Shown: positions 1 to 8,633, counted from the first letter of the stretch. The stretch is 13,182 nucleotides of DNA from Sulfurimonadaceae bacterium (GCA_041548245.1 JBFESZ010000056.1:1-13182); one strand, 5' to 3'. Notes: a model not told the origin generated them from the letters alone. Program-made: numbers and translations.

Positions 1-111
1 CGTACAAAACGGATAGTTTGCTGCTTCTGCATTCTGTGCTTTTGTCAGTGCATTAAAAGTTGTTGATTTTCCTACGTTAGGTAAGCCTACAAGGCCGATG
101 CTAAGTCCCAT
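1..111 (-). CDS. ychF: Redox-regulated ATPase/GTPase YchF, 5' part only (runs off the left edge)
   Basis: Not in the ORF track. Manual translation from ATG at 111 gives [37 protein letters not shown], with the P-loop GLPNVGKST and the ANYPFCT motif of YchF. AAGGA RBS lies upstream. Confidence 0.96.
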   Translation of the reverse strand, partial: MGLSIGLVGLPNVGKSTTFNALTKAQNAEAANYPFCT

Positions 112-121
112 ATTTTTCCTT

Positions 122-769
122 TTATCCCTCTTTGACGAGTGTTGAGTTTGTTGTATTAAAGATATAAAACAGGTATTTAACCGGTTCTAATAGATAAGCA
201 CTGATGCCTCTTTCTGTCTTGTACCAATTGTCTTCATTGAAGATCGCATTTGGCGCAGCTGACATCTCAATTCTCACATTTTCATAACCATTAAGATCAA
301 GAATCTTTCTAAAGGCATAATGCGCTCTTGAAGTATGATAGGTATCGGTTACCAATATGATATGTTTCATCGGATGTGACTGCAAAAAGACGACGAAGTC
401 ATATGCCTCATCAAAGGTGCTTGTTGCACCTCCTTTTATGCTTGGAATTATATCAGCACTTAGGTTATATCTTGCCAAAAGAGATTGGGATTTATTGAAA
501 TCACCACCAAATATTTCGGGATATTTTCCAGACCACTCTTTTTGATCGGTATGATAGAGTCGCTGTGAATATCCTTTTTTGATTAACCAAGCGGCACGTT
601 CAGGTCTTGTCTCATCATTTCCACTTAATATTAAAATGCAGTCCGCACCTTTTGTCGCATTGTCTATGGAAAAAATCGAAGCATAGGTTTTCAAGAGCTT
701 GTCAGTAAAGCCAAAAAGAAGTATGAGCAGTAAAGACAGACCACCTATGAGCAGGCGGTATTTCTTCAT
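122..769 (-). CDS. YdcF/ElyC/SanA-like DUF218 family protein with N-terminal membrane anchor (215 aa)
   Basis: Motifs [22 protein letters not shown] and [13 protein letters not shown] match DUF218. Start moved from 841 to the ATG at 769 ([20 protein letters not shown]), which overlaps the pepA stop as ATGA. Confidence 0.82.
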   Translation of the reverse strand: MKKYRLLIGGLSLLLILLFGFTDKLLKTYASIFSIDNATKGADCILILSGNDETRPERAAWLIKKGYSQRLYHTDQKEWSGKYPEIFGGDFNKSQSLLARYNLSADIIPSIKGGATSTFDEAYDFVVFLQSHPMKHIILVTDTYHTSRAHYAFRKILDLNGYENVRIEMSAAPNAIFNEDNWYKTERGISAYLLEPVKYLFYIFNTTNSTLVKEG

Positions 770-2202
770 TTGAGTTGAGATAGCCAATCGACAGTCAATC
801 GAACGCCGACGCCGCTTCCGCCGTAAGGATTGCAGCCCCAACTTGATTCAACGTAGGCAGGACCAGCGATATCAAAATGTATCCACTTCTGCTTATTCTC
901 CTCTTCGATGAAGGTGTCTAAGAAAAGGCCGGCTGTAATAGCCCCACCATACGGCTTGTTTGAGACATTGGAGATGTCGGCCACTTCACTTTTTAACTGT
1001 TTTTTCAGATAACGGTTGAACGGTAAGGTGCCAATAAGTTCTCCTGTATTTTCAGAAGCGTGAACAAGAGAGTCTTTGATTGTCGAAGAGTGACCCATAA
1101 TTCCAGTGGTATAGTTTCCTAAAGCCACAACGCAGGCACCCGTAAGGGTTGCATAATCAAAGATATAGTCAGCTTGTATCTTCTCTTGTGCATAGGAAAG
1201 ACAATCAGCAAGGACAAGCCGTCCCTCTGCATCGGTATTCCTTACTTCGATGGTCGTACCATTTTTAGCCGTTAATACATCATCAGGTTTGTAGGCATCC
1301 CCGCCGATCATGTTTTCAACGGCACCAATAATCCCGTGGACTTCAACATTTAGCTTAAGTTCACTGACTGCTTTCAAAATTCCCAAAACTGTACATGCTC
1401 CACTTTTGTCAAGCTTCATACTAACCATAGAAGTTGCGGGCTTTAGGCTTAACCCGCCACTGTCATAAGTCAAGCCTTTTCCGACAAGAGAAATGGTCGC
1501 AACAGGATCTTTTGGTGTGTAGCTTAAGTGTATAAGCTTGGAGTCATGACGGGATGCGCGGCCGACACTTAGCATGGCATTCATCTTCTCATTGGAAAGT
1601 TCCTCTTCACCCAGAACTAAACAACTCAAATCATTCGTTTCGGCCAGTTCTTTAGCAATATCAGCGAGTTTTTCTGGATAGAGGTCCTCCGGTGTAGTAT
1701 TGACAAGGTCACGAACATAGTTAGTACAAAGCGCTGTAATACGTGTCTTGTTCAAAATGTCATTGAGTATATCCATCTCACTTGGCTCATCCTCAAGAGT
1801 CCTTGACGAAATCATAATACTATCAAGCGTGACTTCTGTTTTTTTGCTCTTATAGTTTTCGAATTTGTAGCTTCCAAGAATGAAGCCTTCAATCAAAGCG
1901 GAGAAGATACCATTGTCGTTGTTTGTATCGTATTGAGAAAGCTTCAAGCTACTGTAGTTAAATTTTTCCAGGGCTTTGACTGCTGTGGCAGCAGCTGAGC
2001 GGAAGAGGTCATGCTCATTTTCTTCAACACCGACGTAAAGCGTCTTGAACTCTGAGATGTAGCATGTCTCGTCTTGTTTCGCTTTAAATCCAAGCTCGTT
2101 TAGTATACCTTCGTGAAGAAGGTCATCGGTATTTAAAGCAAAGGTGACCGTGACATCGGCATCAATATCATAAAGGTGAGCGTTCTTGATTGAAATATTC
2201 AT
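766..2202 (-). CDS. pepA: Leucyl aminopeptidase (M17 family), about 478 aa
   Basis: M17 motifs VGKGLTYDSGG, MKLDKSGA, NTDAEGRLVLAD, ATLTGA and HFDIAG. Probable start is the ATG at 2202 (MNISIK), 4 nt after the trpB stop, rather than 2226. Confidence 0.95.
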   Translation of the reverse strand: MNISIKNAHLYDIDADVTVTFALNTDDLLHEGILNELGFKAKQDETCYISEFKTLYVGVEENEHDLFRSAAATAVKALEKFNYSSLKLSQYDTNNDNGIFSALIEGFILGSYKFENYKSKKTEVTLDSIMISSRTLEDEPSEMDILNDILNKTRITALCTNYVRDLVNTTPEDLYPEKLADIAKELAETNDLSCLVLGEEELSNEKMNAMLSVGRASRHDSKLIHLSYTPKDPVATISLVGKGLTYDSGGLSLKPATSMVSMKLDKSGACTVLGILKAVSELKLNVEVHGIIGAVENMIGGDAYKPDDVLTAKNGTTIEVRNTDAEGRLVLADCLSYAQEKIQADYIFDYATLTGACVVALGNYTTGIMGHSSTIKDSLVHASENTGELIGTLPFNRYLKKQLKSEVADISNVSNKPYGGAITAGLFLDTFIEEENKQKWIHFDIAGPAYVESSWGCNPYGGSGVGVRLTVDWLSQLK

Positions 2203-2206
2203 GGTC

Positions 2207-3439
2207 CTATTTTCCCTCGTTGTCAAAGTTAAGCAGGTCTTTCGCCTGTATCATGTCTTTGTCGCCACGGCCCGATAGGTTGACGATGATAGTCTGACCT
2301 TTGATATCCTTTATCTTTTTCAGATAGGCAACAGCGTGTGAAGACTCAAATGCAGGGATGATGCCCTCTTTGCGTGACAACCAAACAAAGGCGTCCAAAG
2401 CCTCTTGATCCGTGATTGAGTCATAACTTACACTTTTATTGTCTTTGTGGAAAGCGTGTTCCGGTCCAATACCTGGATAGTCAAGTCCAGCAGAAATAGA
2501 GTGTGCTTCAAGCACTTGTCCGTCGTCATCTTGAAGCAGATAAGACATCTGGCCATGAAGAACACCTGGACGCCCTTTTTCCAGGGAAGCGCCATGCTTG
2601 TCAGTGTCGGTACCAAGCCCTCCGGCTTCTATACCGATACACTCAACGCCTTCATCCTCTAGGAAGTGCTGAAATGCTCCGATAGCATTTGAACCACCAC
2701 CGATACATGCGATGACTTTGTCAGGCAGTCTTCCTTCAAGTTCAAGTATCTGCTGGCGTGCTTCATAGCCAATGATAGCTTGAAAATCACGGACCATCAT
2801 TGGATAAGGGTGAGGACCGGCAACCGTACCAATAATGTAGAATGTGTCACGTGCATTTGTTACCCAGTGGCGGATAGCATCATTCATGGCATCTTTTAGT
2901 GTACGGCTTCCGCTCTCTACAGCATTGACCTTTGCACCCAGCAACCTCATTCTGAAGACATTGAGTTCCTGACGTTCAACGTCCTTGGCTCCCATAAATA
3001 TTTCACACTCAAGCCCCAGGAGGGCAGAGATAGTAGCCGTCGCGACACCGTGCTGGCCAGCCCCTGTCTCGGCTATGACTTTCTTCTTGCCAAGTTTTTT
3101 TGCCATCAGGCCCTGTGCAATCACGTTATTGACTTTATGCGCGCCTGTGTGGTTTAGATCTTCACGTTTGAAGTAGACTTTGGCCTCAAGCTCATCAGAG
3201 ATGTTCTGTGCAAAATAGAGCGGTGAAGGGCGCCCGACATAGTCTTTCAGATAATAATGCACCTCTTTCCAGAACTCTTTATCATGTCGAAGCTCAGCAT
3301 AGATTTCTTTCAGCTCCATAAGTGCTGGCATAAGTGTCTCGGGAACATAACGACCGCCAAAAGCGACACTGTTTTCACTGAAAAAGCCGAAGTGGCCATT
3401 CTCATCGGGATCAAATTTACTTTTTGAAGGGATATACAC
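2207..3439 (-). CDS. trpB: Tryptophan synthase beta subunit (TrpB1 type)
   Basis: PLP-lysine motif [15 protein letters not shown], plus [37 protein letters not shown] and NLSGRGDKD. The GTG start overlaps the apt stop (TAGTG), with a GGAG RBS in the last apt codons. Confidence 0.97.
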   Translation of the reverse strand: MYIPSKSKFDPDENGHFGFFSENSVAFGGRYVPETLMPALMELKEIYAELRHDKEFWKEVHYYLKDYVGRPSPLYFAQNISDELEAKVYFKREDLNHTGAHKVNNVIAQGLMAKKLGKKKVIAETGAGQHGVATATISALLGLECEIFMGAKDVERQELNVFRMRLLGAKVNAVESGSRTLKDAMNDAIRHWVTNARDTFYIIGTVAGPHPYPMMVRDFQAIIGYEARQQILELEGRLPDKVIACIGGGSNAIGAFQHFLEDEGVECIGIEAGGLGTDTDKHGASLEKGRPGVLHGQMSYLLQDDDGQVLEAHSISAGLDYPGIGPEHAFHKDNKSVSYDSITDQEALDAFVWLSRKEGIIPAFESSHAVAYLKKIKDIKGQTIIVNLSGRGDKDMIQAKDLLNFDNEGK

Positions 3440-3984
3440 TATTCTTCTCCTAAAACACTGTAAACAGGTGAAACTTTTTCAAGTTTTTTAGTTCCACCTA
3501 GGAAGTTCAGACTCATTATAAAACATGCTTCAACGCATTTTCCGCCTGACTTTTCGATTAAGTTGGCAGCGGCATAAGCCGTTCCACCTGTTGCTATCAG
3601 ATCATCAATCAAAAGCACACGGGCATCTTTGATGTTCCTGAAAGCATCTATATGAATCTCCACTTCATCAAAGCCATATTCAAGGGCATACTTCTCTGAT
3701 ATGGTCGTATAAGGCAATTTTCCTTTTTTACGGATCGGCACAAAGCCAATACCAAGGTCTCTTGCAAGAGCAGCACCAAAAATAAATCCGCGTGCATCAA
3801 TACCAGCGACAAAATCAAGCTCCATGTTCTTATAGCGCTCTTTGAGATGATCCATTAACAGACCAAAAGCCTCAGCATCATTTAGAATCGTTGAGATGTC
3901 TTTAAATATGATCCCTGGCTGAGGAAAATCAGGTATCTCTCTGATAGCATCTATAATGATTTTTCTGTCTTCATTTTTTAGCAT
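3439..3984 (-). CDS. apt: Adenine phosphoribosyltransferase
   Basis: [37 protein letters not shown] and the PRPP-binding [13 protein letters not shown]. Confidence 0.97.
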   Translation of the reverse strand: MLKNEDRKIIIDAIREIPDFPQPGIIFKDISTILNDAEAFGLLMDHLKERYKNMELDFVAGIDARGFIFGAALARDLGIGFVPIRKKGKLPYTTISEKYALEYGFDEVEIHIDAFRNIKDARVLLIDDLIATGGTAYAAANLIEKSGGKCVEACFIMSLNFLGGTKKLEKVSPVYSVLGEE

Positions 3985-4004
3985 ACGCTTGCCTTGTTAA
4001 TATT

Positions 4005-4337
4005 TTATAAAAGTGCATCAATACGACTTTCAAGGTCTTTGATCTTAGACTTTAATCGGTCGGTTTCAACGCGATGTTGCGAGTTTCTCTGTTTCAAGAC
4101 TTTAAGCTCATTTCTAAGCTTGCTCAGTTCGTCAGTAAGAATGTCTACATTACCCAAAGAACGCTGCAACTGGATCTGATATTTTCGGATTAGAATCTCT
4201 GCTTCTTTGAGAGTGAGCTTCATCAGATCATTACTCTTTTGCTCTTTGTGTGTTATGTTTTTAAAATAAAACATCTTTACAAACAAAAAGACTGCTGCCA
4301 AGGTGACAAAACTCAGTAATGACCATTCAAAAAACAT
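4005..4337 (-). CDS. Hypothetical protein with N-terminal transmembrane helix and C-terminal coiled coil (110 aa)
   Basis: Hydrophobic N-terminus followed by a Leu/charged heptad pattern. AAGGA RBS. Fills the gap between rpiB and apt in the same orientation. Confidence 0.85.
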   Translation of the reverse strand: MFFEWSLLSFVTLAAVFLFVKMFYFKNITHKEQKSNDLMKLTLKEAEILIRKYQIQLQRSLGNVDILTDELSKLRNELKVLKQRNSQHRVETDRLKSKIKDLESRIDALL

Positions 4338-4375
4338 GGATATCCTTCACGTATGATTTAATAGGCTCTAATTAT

Positions 4376-4813
4376 TTAGCCCTTTATAGCCTCTAGTTTA
4401 TCGACACGGCCTGCATGACGGCCGCCTTCAAACGCGCCTTCGCACCAGGCATCAATAATCGATTCGGCAACACCGACACCAACGATACGCTCACCAAAGC
4501 ATAATACATTCCCATTATTATGCTGACGCCCCATACGCGCAGTATAAGCATCATGACACAAAGCAGCACGTATGCCGTGATGGCGATTTGCCGCTATGCT
4601 CATGCCTATTCCAGAACCGCAGATAAGCACACCCATGCTGCCTTCATCTTTCAAAACAGACTGACACAGTTTCACGGCGTAATCAGGATAGTCAACACGA
4701 TCTTTTGTATTTGGACCAAGATCGACGACCTCATAGCCTTTTGCCCTTAGATATTCACAGGTGTGGTTTTTAAGGTCAATGCCTGCATGGTCGGTTGCAA
4801 CATAGTATTTCAT
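4376..4813 (-). CDS. rpiB: Ribose-5-phosphate isomerase B
   Basis: TDHAG, VDYPDYA, catalytic LICGSGIGMSIAANR, HNNGNVLCFGER and FEGGRHAGRV. Confidence 0.96.
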   Translation of the reverse strand: MKYYVATDHAGIDLKNHTCEYLRAKGYEVVDLGPNTKDRVDYPDYAVKLCQSVLKDEGSMGVLICGSGIGMSIAANRHHGIRAALCHDAYTARMGRQHNNGNVLCFGERIVGVGVAESIIDAWCEGAFEGGRHAGRVDKLEAIKG

Positions 4814-4822
4814 GGTAATCTC

Positions 4823-5518
4823 CTAGCTAAGTAATAATTTTAATAGATATTGAACAGGCATTGCGAGCACAATATTTCGTATCGGATCAACAACAAGCAT
4901 GATAACAACGATTATCATACCGTAAGGTTCCATCTTGACAAAGAACTCTGCAACTTTTCTAAGCCCTAGTTTAAGACTCAAATAAGTAAGAAAATGTGCT
5001 CCGTCGAACTGGGGGACCGGCAAAAGGTTAAAGACGGCAAGTACAACATTGATAATGAGTAGCATCCAGATAAAATAGAGCAGAACGAATTGGTCCGCAT
5101 TGTTGATCAACTCACGAAGGCCAAGATCATGAGGCATCAACCCGGTGAACGCAATAGAGGCAATGACTGCCATGACAAAATTATAAGCAATTCCTGCAAG
5201 TGAGACTTGCATGGCAGCACTGTATCCGCCATTTTGTATGACTATACGTGTATTTATTGGAACAGGTTTGGCCCAGCCAAAAAGAAGGCCTGAACTGGCA
5301 CCAAAAAGCATGGGAATGAAATACATCATCGCAGGAACCACTATTGTTCCAAAGAGATCGATATGGACTATAGGGTTTAAGCTTAGCCGTCCCATGTCTT
5401 TTGCCGTATTGTCACCATATTTGTAGGCAACCCATCCATGCATAATCTCATGACCGACAATAGCTATGATCAGAGCCACTACAGCTGCAATTATTTTTAT
5501 TAGATCAACACTGTCCAA
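4823..5518 (-). CDS. Site-2 protease (M50 family) membrane zinc metalloprotease
   Basis: HExxH (HEIMH), GRLSLNPIVHID, GWAKPVP and FNLLPVPQFDG (NxxPxxxxDG). The TTG start directly abuts the lepB stop. Confidence 0.93.
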   Translation of the reverse strand: MDSVDLIKIIAAVVALIIAIVGHEIMHGWVAYKYGDNTAKDMGRLSLNPIVHIDLFGTIVVPAMMYFIPMLFGASSGLLFGWAKPVPINTRIVIQNGGYSAAMQVSLAGIAYNFVMAVIASIAFTGLMPHDLGLRELINNADQFVLLYFIWMLLIINVVLAVFNLLPVPQFDGAHFLTYLSLKLGLRKVAEFFVKMEPYGMIIVVIMLVVDPIRNIVLAMPVQYLLKLLLS

Positions 5519-6328
5519 TTAAAAAATACCTTTTTCTTTTTTGATATCCTCAGCTTCAGCACGCTTGATATACTCTATACCTTCAAGATCGCTCGGTGTT
5601 TTTCCCATTCTATCCCAACGGATCTCATATTTATCATTGATACTGAAATATACAAACCATGGCGTACCTTCTATCAGGCCATATGGAACCGTTCCCCAGA
5701 AACGACTGTCATTAGAATGATCTCGATTGTCACCCATCATAAAGTATTCATTTTCAGGCACCTTGATTGGTGGGGTGAAAAAGATAGGCATGTGGCTGCT
5801 TCCATCATTGATGACGGAATCATCATGGTGAATACCCGGATGCTCGGAAGCATAAGGATTCTTAACAAAAAGTTTGCCAAAGGCTTCAACGATACTATCT
5901 TTTGGATAGTTCGTTTTGACATAATCATCACCTTCTACCGGATGAAGATATAGGTTCTTTTCATGGACAAAGAGAATGTCTCCAGGCAGACCTACGCAGC
6001 GTTTTACAAAATGTATGCTTTGGTTTTGAGGATACCTAAAGATAACAATATCACCTCTTTGAGGGGTGTCGCCATCAATAATATGCCCATCAGTTCCCGG
6101 AATAAGTGGAATCTCTAAAAAAGGAAGATGCGGTGTAGAGATGCCATAAGCAAACTTTTTGGCAAAGAGATGATCACCGACCAGAAGAGAATATTTCATC
6201 GATCCACTAGGTATTCTGAATGCTTGTGCAACAAAAAATATAACCAAGAGAACAATGATAATAGTGCCTGTCCATGAGTTGGAAAACTTATAGGCCTTGC
6301 GGGCAAATTTTTTTGCTTTTTCTTTCAT
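5519..6328 (-). CDS. lepB: Signal peptidase I
   Basis: Transmembrane segment, then IPSGSM (catalytic Ser), RGDIVIF, FVKRCVG (catalytic Lys) and GDNRDHSNDSRFWG. Confidence 0.96.
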   Translation of the reverse strand: MKEKAKKFARKAYKFSNSWTGTIIIVLLVIFFVAQAFRIPSGSMKYSLLVGDHLFAKKFAYGISTPHLPFLEIPLIPGTDGHIIDGDTPQRGDIVIFRYPQNQSIHFVKRCVGLPGDILFVHEKNLYLHPVEGDDYVKTNYPKDSIVEAFGKLFVKNPYASEHPGIHHDDSVINDGSSHMPIFFTPPIKVPENEYFMMGDNRDHSNDSRFWGTVPYGLIEGTPWFVYFSINDKYEIRWDRMGKTPSDLEGIEYIKRAEAEDIKKEKGIF

Positions 6329-6362
6329 TTGATTTCTTTCGTTTTAGTATGTCTGGTGTTAT

Positions 6363-7214
6363 TTAGCTGTTCTGACGTCTTTTTGCCGATTCAAGTGTGT
6401 TACGAAGCAGCATGGCAATAGTCATCGGTCCCACACCGCCAGGAACAGGTGTGATATAAGAGGCTTTTTTATTGACATTCTCATAATCGACATCTCCTAC
6501 CAAACGGCCGTCTTCCGTACGATTGATGCCAATATCAATGACGATGGCTCCCTCTTTGACCATGTCTTCTGTGATAAGGTTGATTACACCAACGCCAACA
6601 AGCAGTATGTCTGCCTGTAGGGTATGCGCTTTCAAGTCTTTTGTATAGATATGGCAGATATCAACGGTTGCATTAGCATTAAGCAGTAAACTTGCCATAG
6701 GTTTGCCAACGATATTTGAAGCACCGACAACACAAGCATTCATCCCTTGAACATCAATATCATACTCTTGCAGAAGCTTCATGACACCCAGCGGTGTACA
6801 AGGAACAAAACCATCCAGTCCTGTTGTCAGGCGACCAACGTTGAAAGGGTGAAAGCCGTCCACATCTTTATGCGGTGCAACGAGTTCTAACAGTTTTGTC
6901 GTGTCGATCTGTGGTGGCAGTGGAAGTTGAATCAGTATACCATCGATGTTCGGGTTTTCATTCATCATCTCGATAGTCTTTTCAATCGCTTCTTGTGAGA
7001 TATCGGCGGGCATCTCGTGAGTGACAGAGTAAAAGCCGACCGCATCACAGGATTTCTTCTTCATAGAAACATAGGCGTGGCTTGCCGGATCGTTGCCTAC
7101 TAATATCACAGCAAGACCGGGAACGCGGCCCGTCTCTTTCTTAAGTTGTATGACTTCGTTCGCTACCTCTTCTTTAATCTTCGATGAAAGCGCTTTACCA
7201 TCAAGAATCTGCAT
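6363..7214 (-). CDS. folD: Bifunctional methylenetetrahydrofolate dehydrogenase/cyclohydrolase
   Basis: ILDGK, PGLAVILVG, YxxxK, DGILIQLPLP, KDVDGFHP, PCTPLG and ITPVPGGVGPMT. ATG at 7214 is preferred over TTG at 7217 because of AAGAGG RBS spacing. Confidence 0.97.
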   Translation of the reverse strand: MQILDGKALSSKIKEEVANEVIQLKKETGRVPGLAVILVGNDPASHAYVSMKKKSCDAVGFYSVTHEMPADISQEAIEKTIEMMNENPNIDGILIQLPLPPQIDTTKLLELVAPHKDVDGFHPFNVGRLTTGLDGFVPCTPLGVMKLLQEYDIDVQGMNACVVGASNIVGKPMASLLLNANATVDICHIYTKDLKAHTLQADILLVGVGVINLITEDMVKEGAIVIDIGINRTEDGRLVGDVDYENVNKKASYITPVPGGVGPMTIAMLLRNTLESAKRRQNS

Positions 7215-7273
7215 CAAAACCTCTTTAGAATATTTTTGATATCATACCGTATTACACTAAAAGGGCGCTTTGA
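7215..7273. promoter_or_regulatory. 59-bp divergent promoter region (folD operon / cytochrome c operon)
   Basis: The only non-coding gap between the divergent genes. Candidate -10 boxes are TATGAT on the minus strand (7241-7246) and TAGAAT (7226-7231) or TACACT (7253-7258) on the plus strand. Confidence 0.55.
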
Positions 7274-7609
7274 ATGCGGGTTTGCTTTCTACTTTTACTA
7301 CTGATAGTAACGATTTTTGCCAAAGAGAGAGACTCTTTTATAACCGAGCAGGAGTATGGCGAGCATCTTTACAAGAATCCACGCGGTATAGGATGCAACA
7401 AATGCCATGGAGAACGCGGTGAAGGCATGGTAATTTCGCGTTATAAAGACAAGAATCAGAAAAAAGAGCTTAAAACAGATGAGATAAACTCCATAAGTTT
7501 TGAAGCATTCAGGGCAGCTCTTCAAGAAAGACGTGGGATTATGCCTAAGTATTTTTTGACGTCACAAGAGATTAAAGCCTTATATGGCTACTTGCACAAG
7601 GTGAAATAG
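7274..7609 (+). CDS. Periplasmic monoheme c-type cytochrome
   Basis: Signal-peptide-like N-terminus, a single CxxCH (CNKCH, 7394-7408), and a distal Met-Pro (IMPKY) as the likely axial ligand. Confidence 0.88.
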   Translation: MRVCFLLLLLIVTIFAKERDSFITEQEYGEHLYKNPRGIGCNKCHGERGEGMVISRYKDKNQKKELKTDEINSISFEAFRAALQERRGIMPKYFLTSQEIKALYGYLHKVK

Positions 7610-8542
7610 ATGTTTATTCCTCAGATTGATGTGCTAGAAAGCATTGTTAACGAAAATGATATTCCAGCTTTAGACGGCTTGTTAAAACCAAACAATCGTA
7701 TTCAAAACAGGACACAGGGTTTTAAATCCGCTTTGATGCTCTCGGCCCATAATCTGAAACATTTGTTGAAAATAGAGACACTAAAAAGCGACTGTATTAT
7801 GTTGAATCTTGAAGACGGTGTCTCTGCGGAGAAAAAACCTTTGGCGTTAAGGTTATCCGCTTATTTTTTGTCCAAGATTCCCAAAAGTACGAAAAAACTC
7901 GTTGTGCGTGTTAATGCGATAGATGAGGGCGGACTTGATGAAATTGCTTTTTTAAATCCTTATAAACCTGATGCCATACGTGTACCAAAAATACGTACAC
8001 TATCTGATATCAAAAGGGTGTTGGATGTATTGGATGAAAGTATTGAGCTGCATCTTAGTATAGAAACAAAAGAGGCTTTCAGCAACCTGCTCTCACTGCA
8101 GCAAGGAGGCAGAGTCAAGGCTGTCTATCTTGGCATTCTTGACCTGCTTGCCGATCTTGGACTCAATCAGAGTATCTTACAGCCGGATAATCCCACAATA
8201 CATTATCTGCTTTCACAGTTTCTTGTAGCAGCTAAAACAATACAAACCCATCCGGTCTCATTCGTATACCAGGATTATCAAAATATGAAAGAGTTCCAAC
8301 GCTGGATACAACTTGAGAAGCTGATGGGATTTAATGCGAAGGGATGTGTTTCTCCTGCCCAGGCTGAAGCAGCGATGAATCTGTTTGAACTTGAAGACAA
8401 AGAGTTAGAAAGGGCACGTTATATTATCGAGCTCTTTGAAAAGATGCGAGAACAGGGAATTACAGGCTTCGCTGATGACAAATACGGTTTTATTGACGAA
8501 CCTATTTACAAAGGTGCGCTTAGGACATTAGAGGCCAGATAA
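7610..8542 (+). CDS. HpcH/HpaI aldolase / citrate lyase beta (CitE-like) family CoA-ester lyase
   Basis: IMLNLEDGV, VVRVN, IRVPK, IETKEA, LGILDL, GFNAKGCVSPAQ and FIDEPIYKGA correspond to CitE-family motifs. The ATG immediately follows the cytochrome TAG. Confidence 0.87.
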   Translation: MFIPQIDVLESIVNENDIPALDGLLKPNNRIQNRTQGFKSALMLSAHNLKHLLKIETLKSDCIMLNLEDGVSAEKKPLALRLSAYFLSKIPKSTKKLVVRVNAIDEGGLDEIAFLNPYKPDAIRVPKIRTLSDIKRVLDVLDESIELHLSIETKEAFSNLLSLQQGGRVKAVYLGILDLLADLGLNQSILQPDNPTIHYLLSQFLVAAKTIQTHPVSFVYQDYQNMKEFQRWIQLEKLMGFNAKGCVSPAQAEAAMNLFELEDKELERARYIIELFEKMREQGITGFADDKYGFIDEPIYKGALRTLEAR

Positions 8543-8580
8543 GTGCCGCCTTGAAACAGCATTTTACTGTTGCTCTCCTC

Positions 8581-8613
8581 TGTTCAATCTTGCCTGCTTA
8601 ACAATCTTGAACA
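8581..8613. repeat. Imperfect inverted repeat with nested direct repeat, overlapping the -35 (candidate operator)
   Basis: TGTTCAATCTTG-N9-CAATCTTGAACA: the arms are 10/12 complementary and the outer 7 bp are perfect. CAATCTTG is repeated at 8585-8592 and 8602-8609. Confidence 0.55.
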
Positions 8614-8626
8614 TTGCTGGTATAAT
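8598..8626 (+). promoter_or_regulatory. Sigma70-type promoter for the letA-letA-letB operon
   Basis: TTAACA (8598-8603), a 17-bp spacer, then TATAAT (8621-8626) with extended -10 TGn at 8618-8620. Confidence 0.75.
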
Positions 8627-8633
8627 TCACAGT

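Noticed and set aside
770..841. Arg-rich N-terminal extension (LRRKRRRRS) of the DUF218 ORF, resembling a Tat signal
   Set aside because: It is an alternative-frame reading of the conserved pepA C-terminus. The ATG at 769 gives a normal signal-anchor with an ATGA overlap.
4352..4383. Weak dyad GGCT...AGCC at the end of rpiB
   Set aside because: The stem is short and mismatched with no U-tract, so it is not a credible terminator.
8555..8571. AACAG-N7-CTGTT inverted repeat after the lyase stop
   Set aside because: A 5-bp AT-rich stem with no poly-U tail is too weak to call a terminator and could arise by chance.
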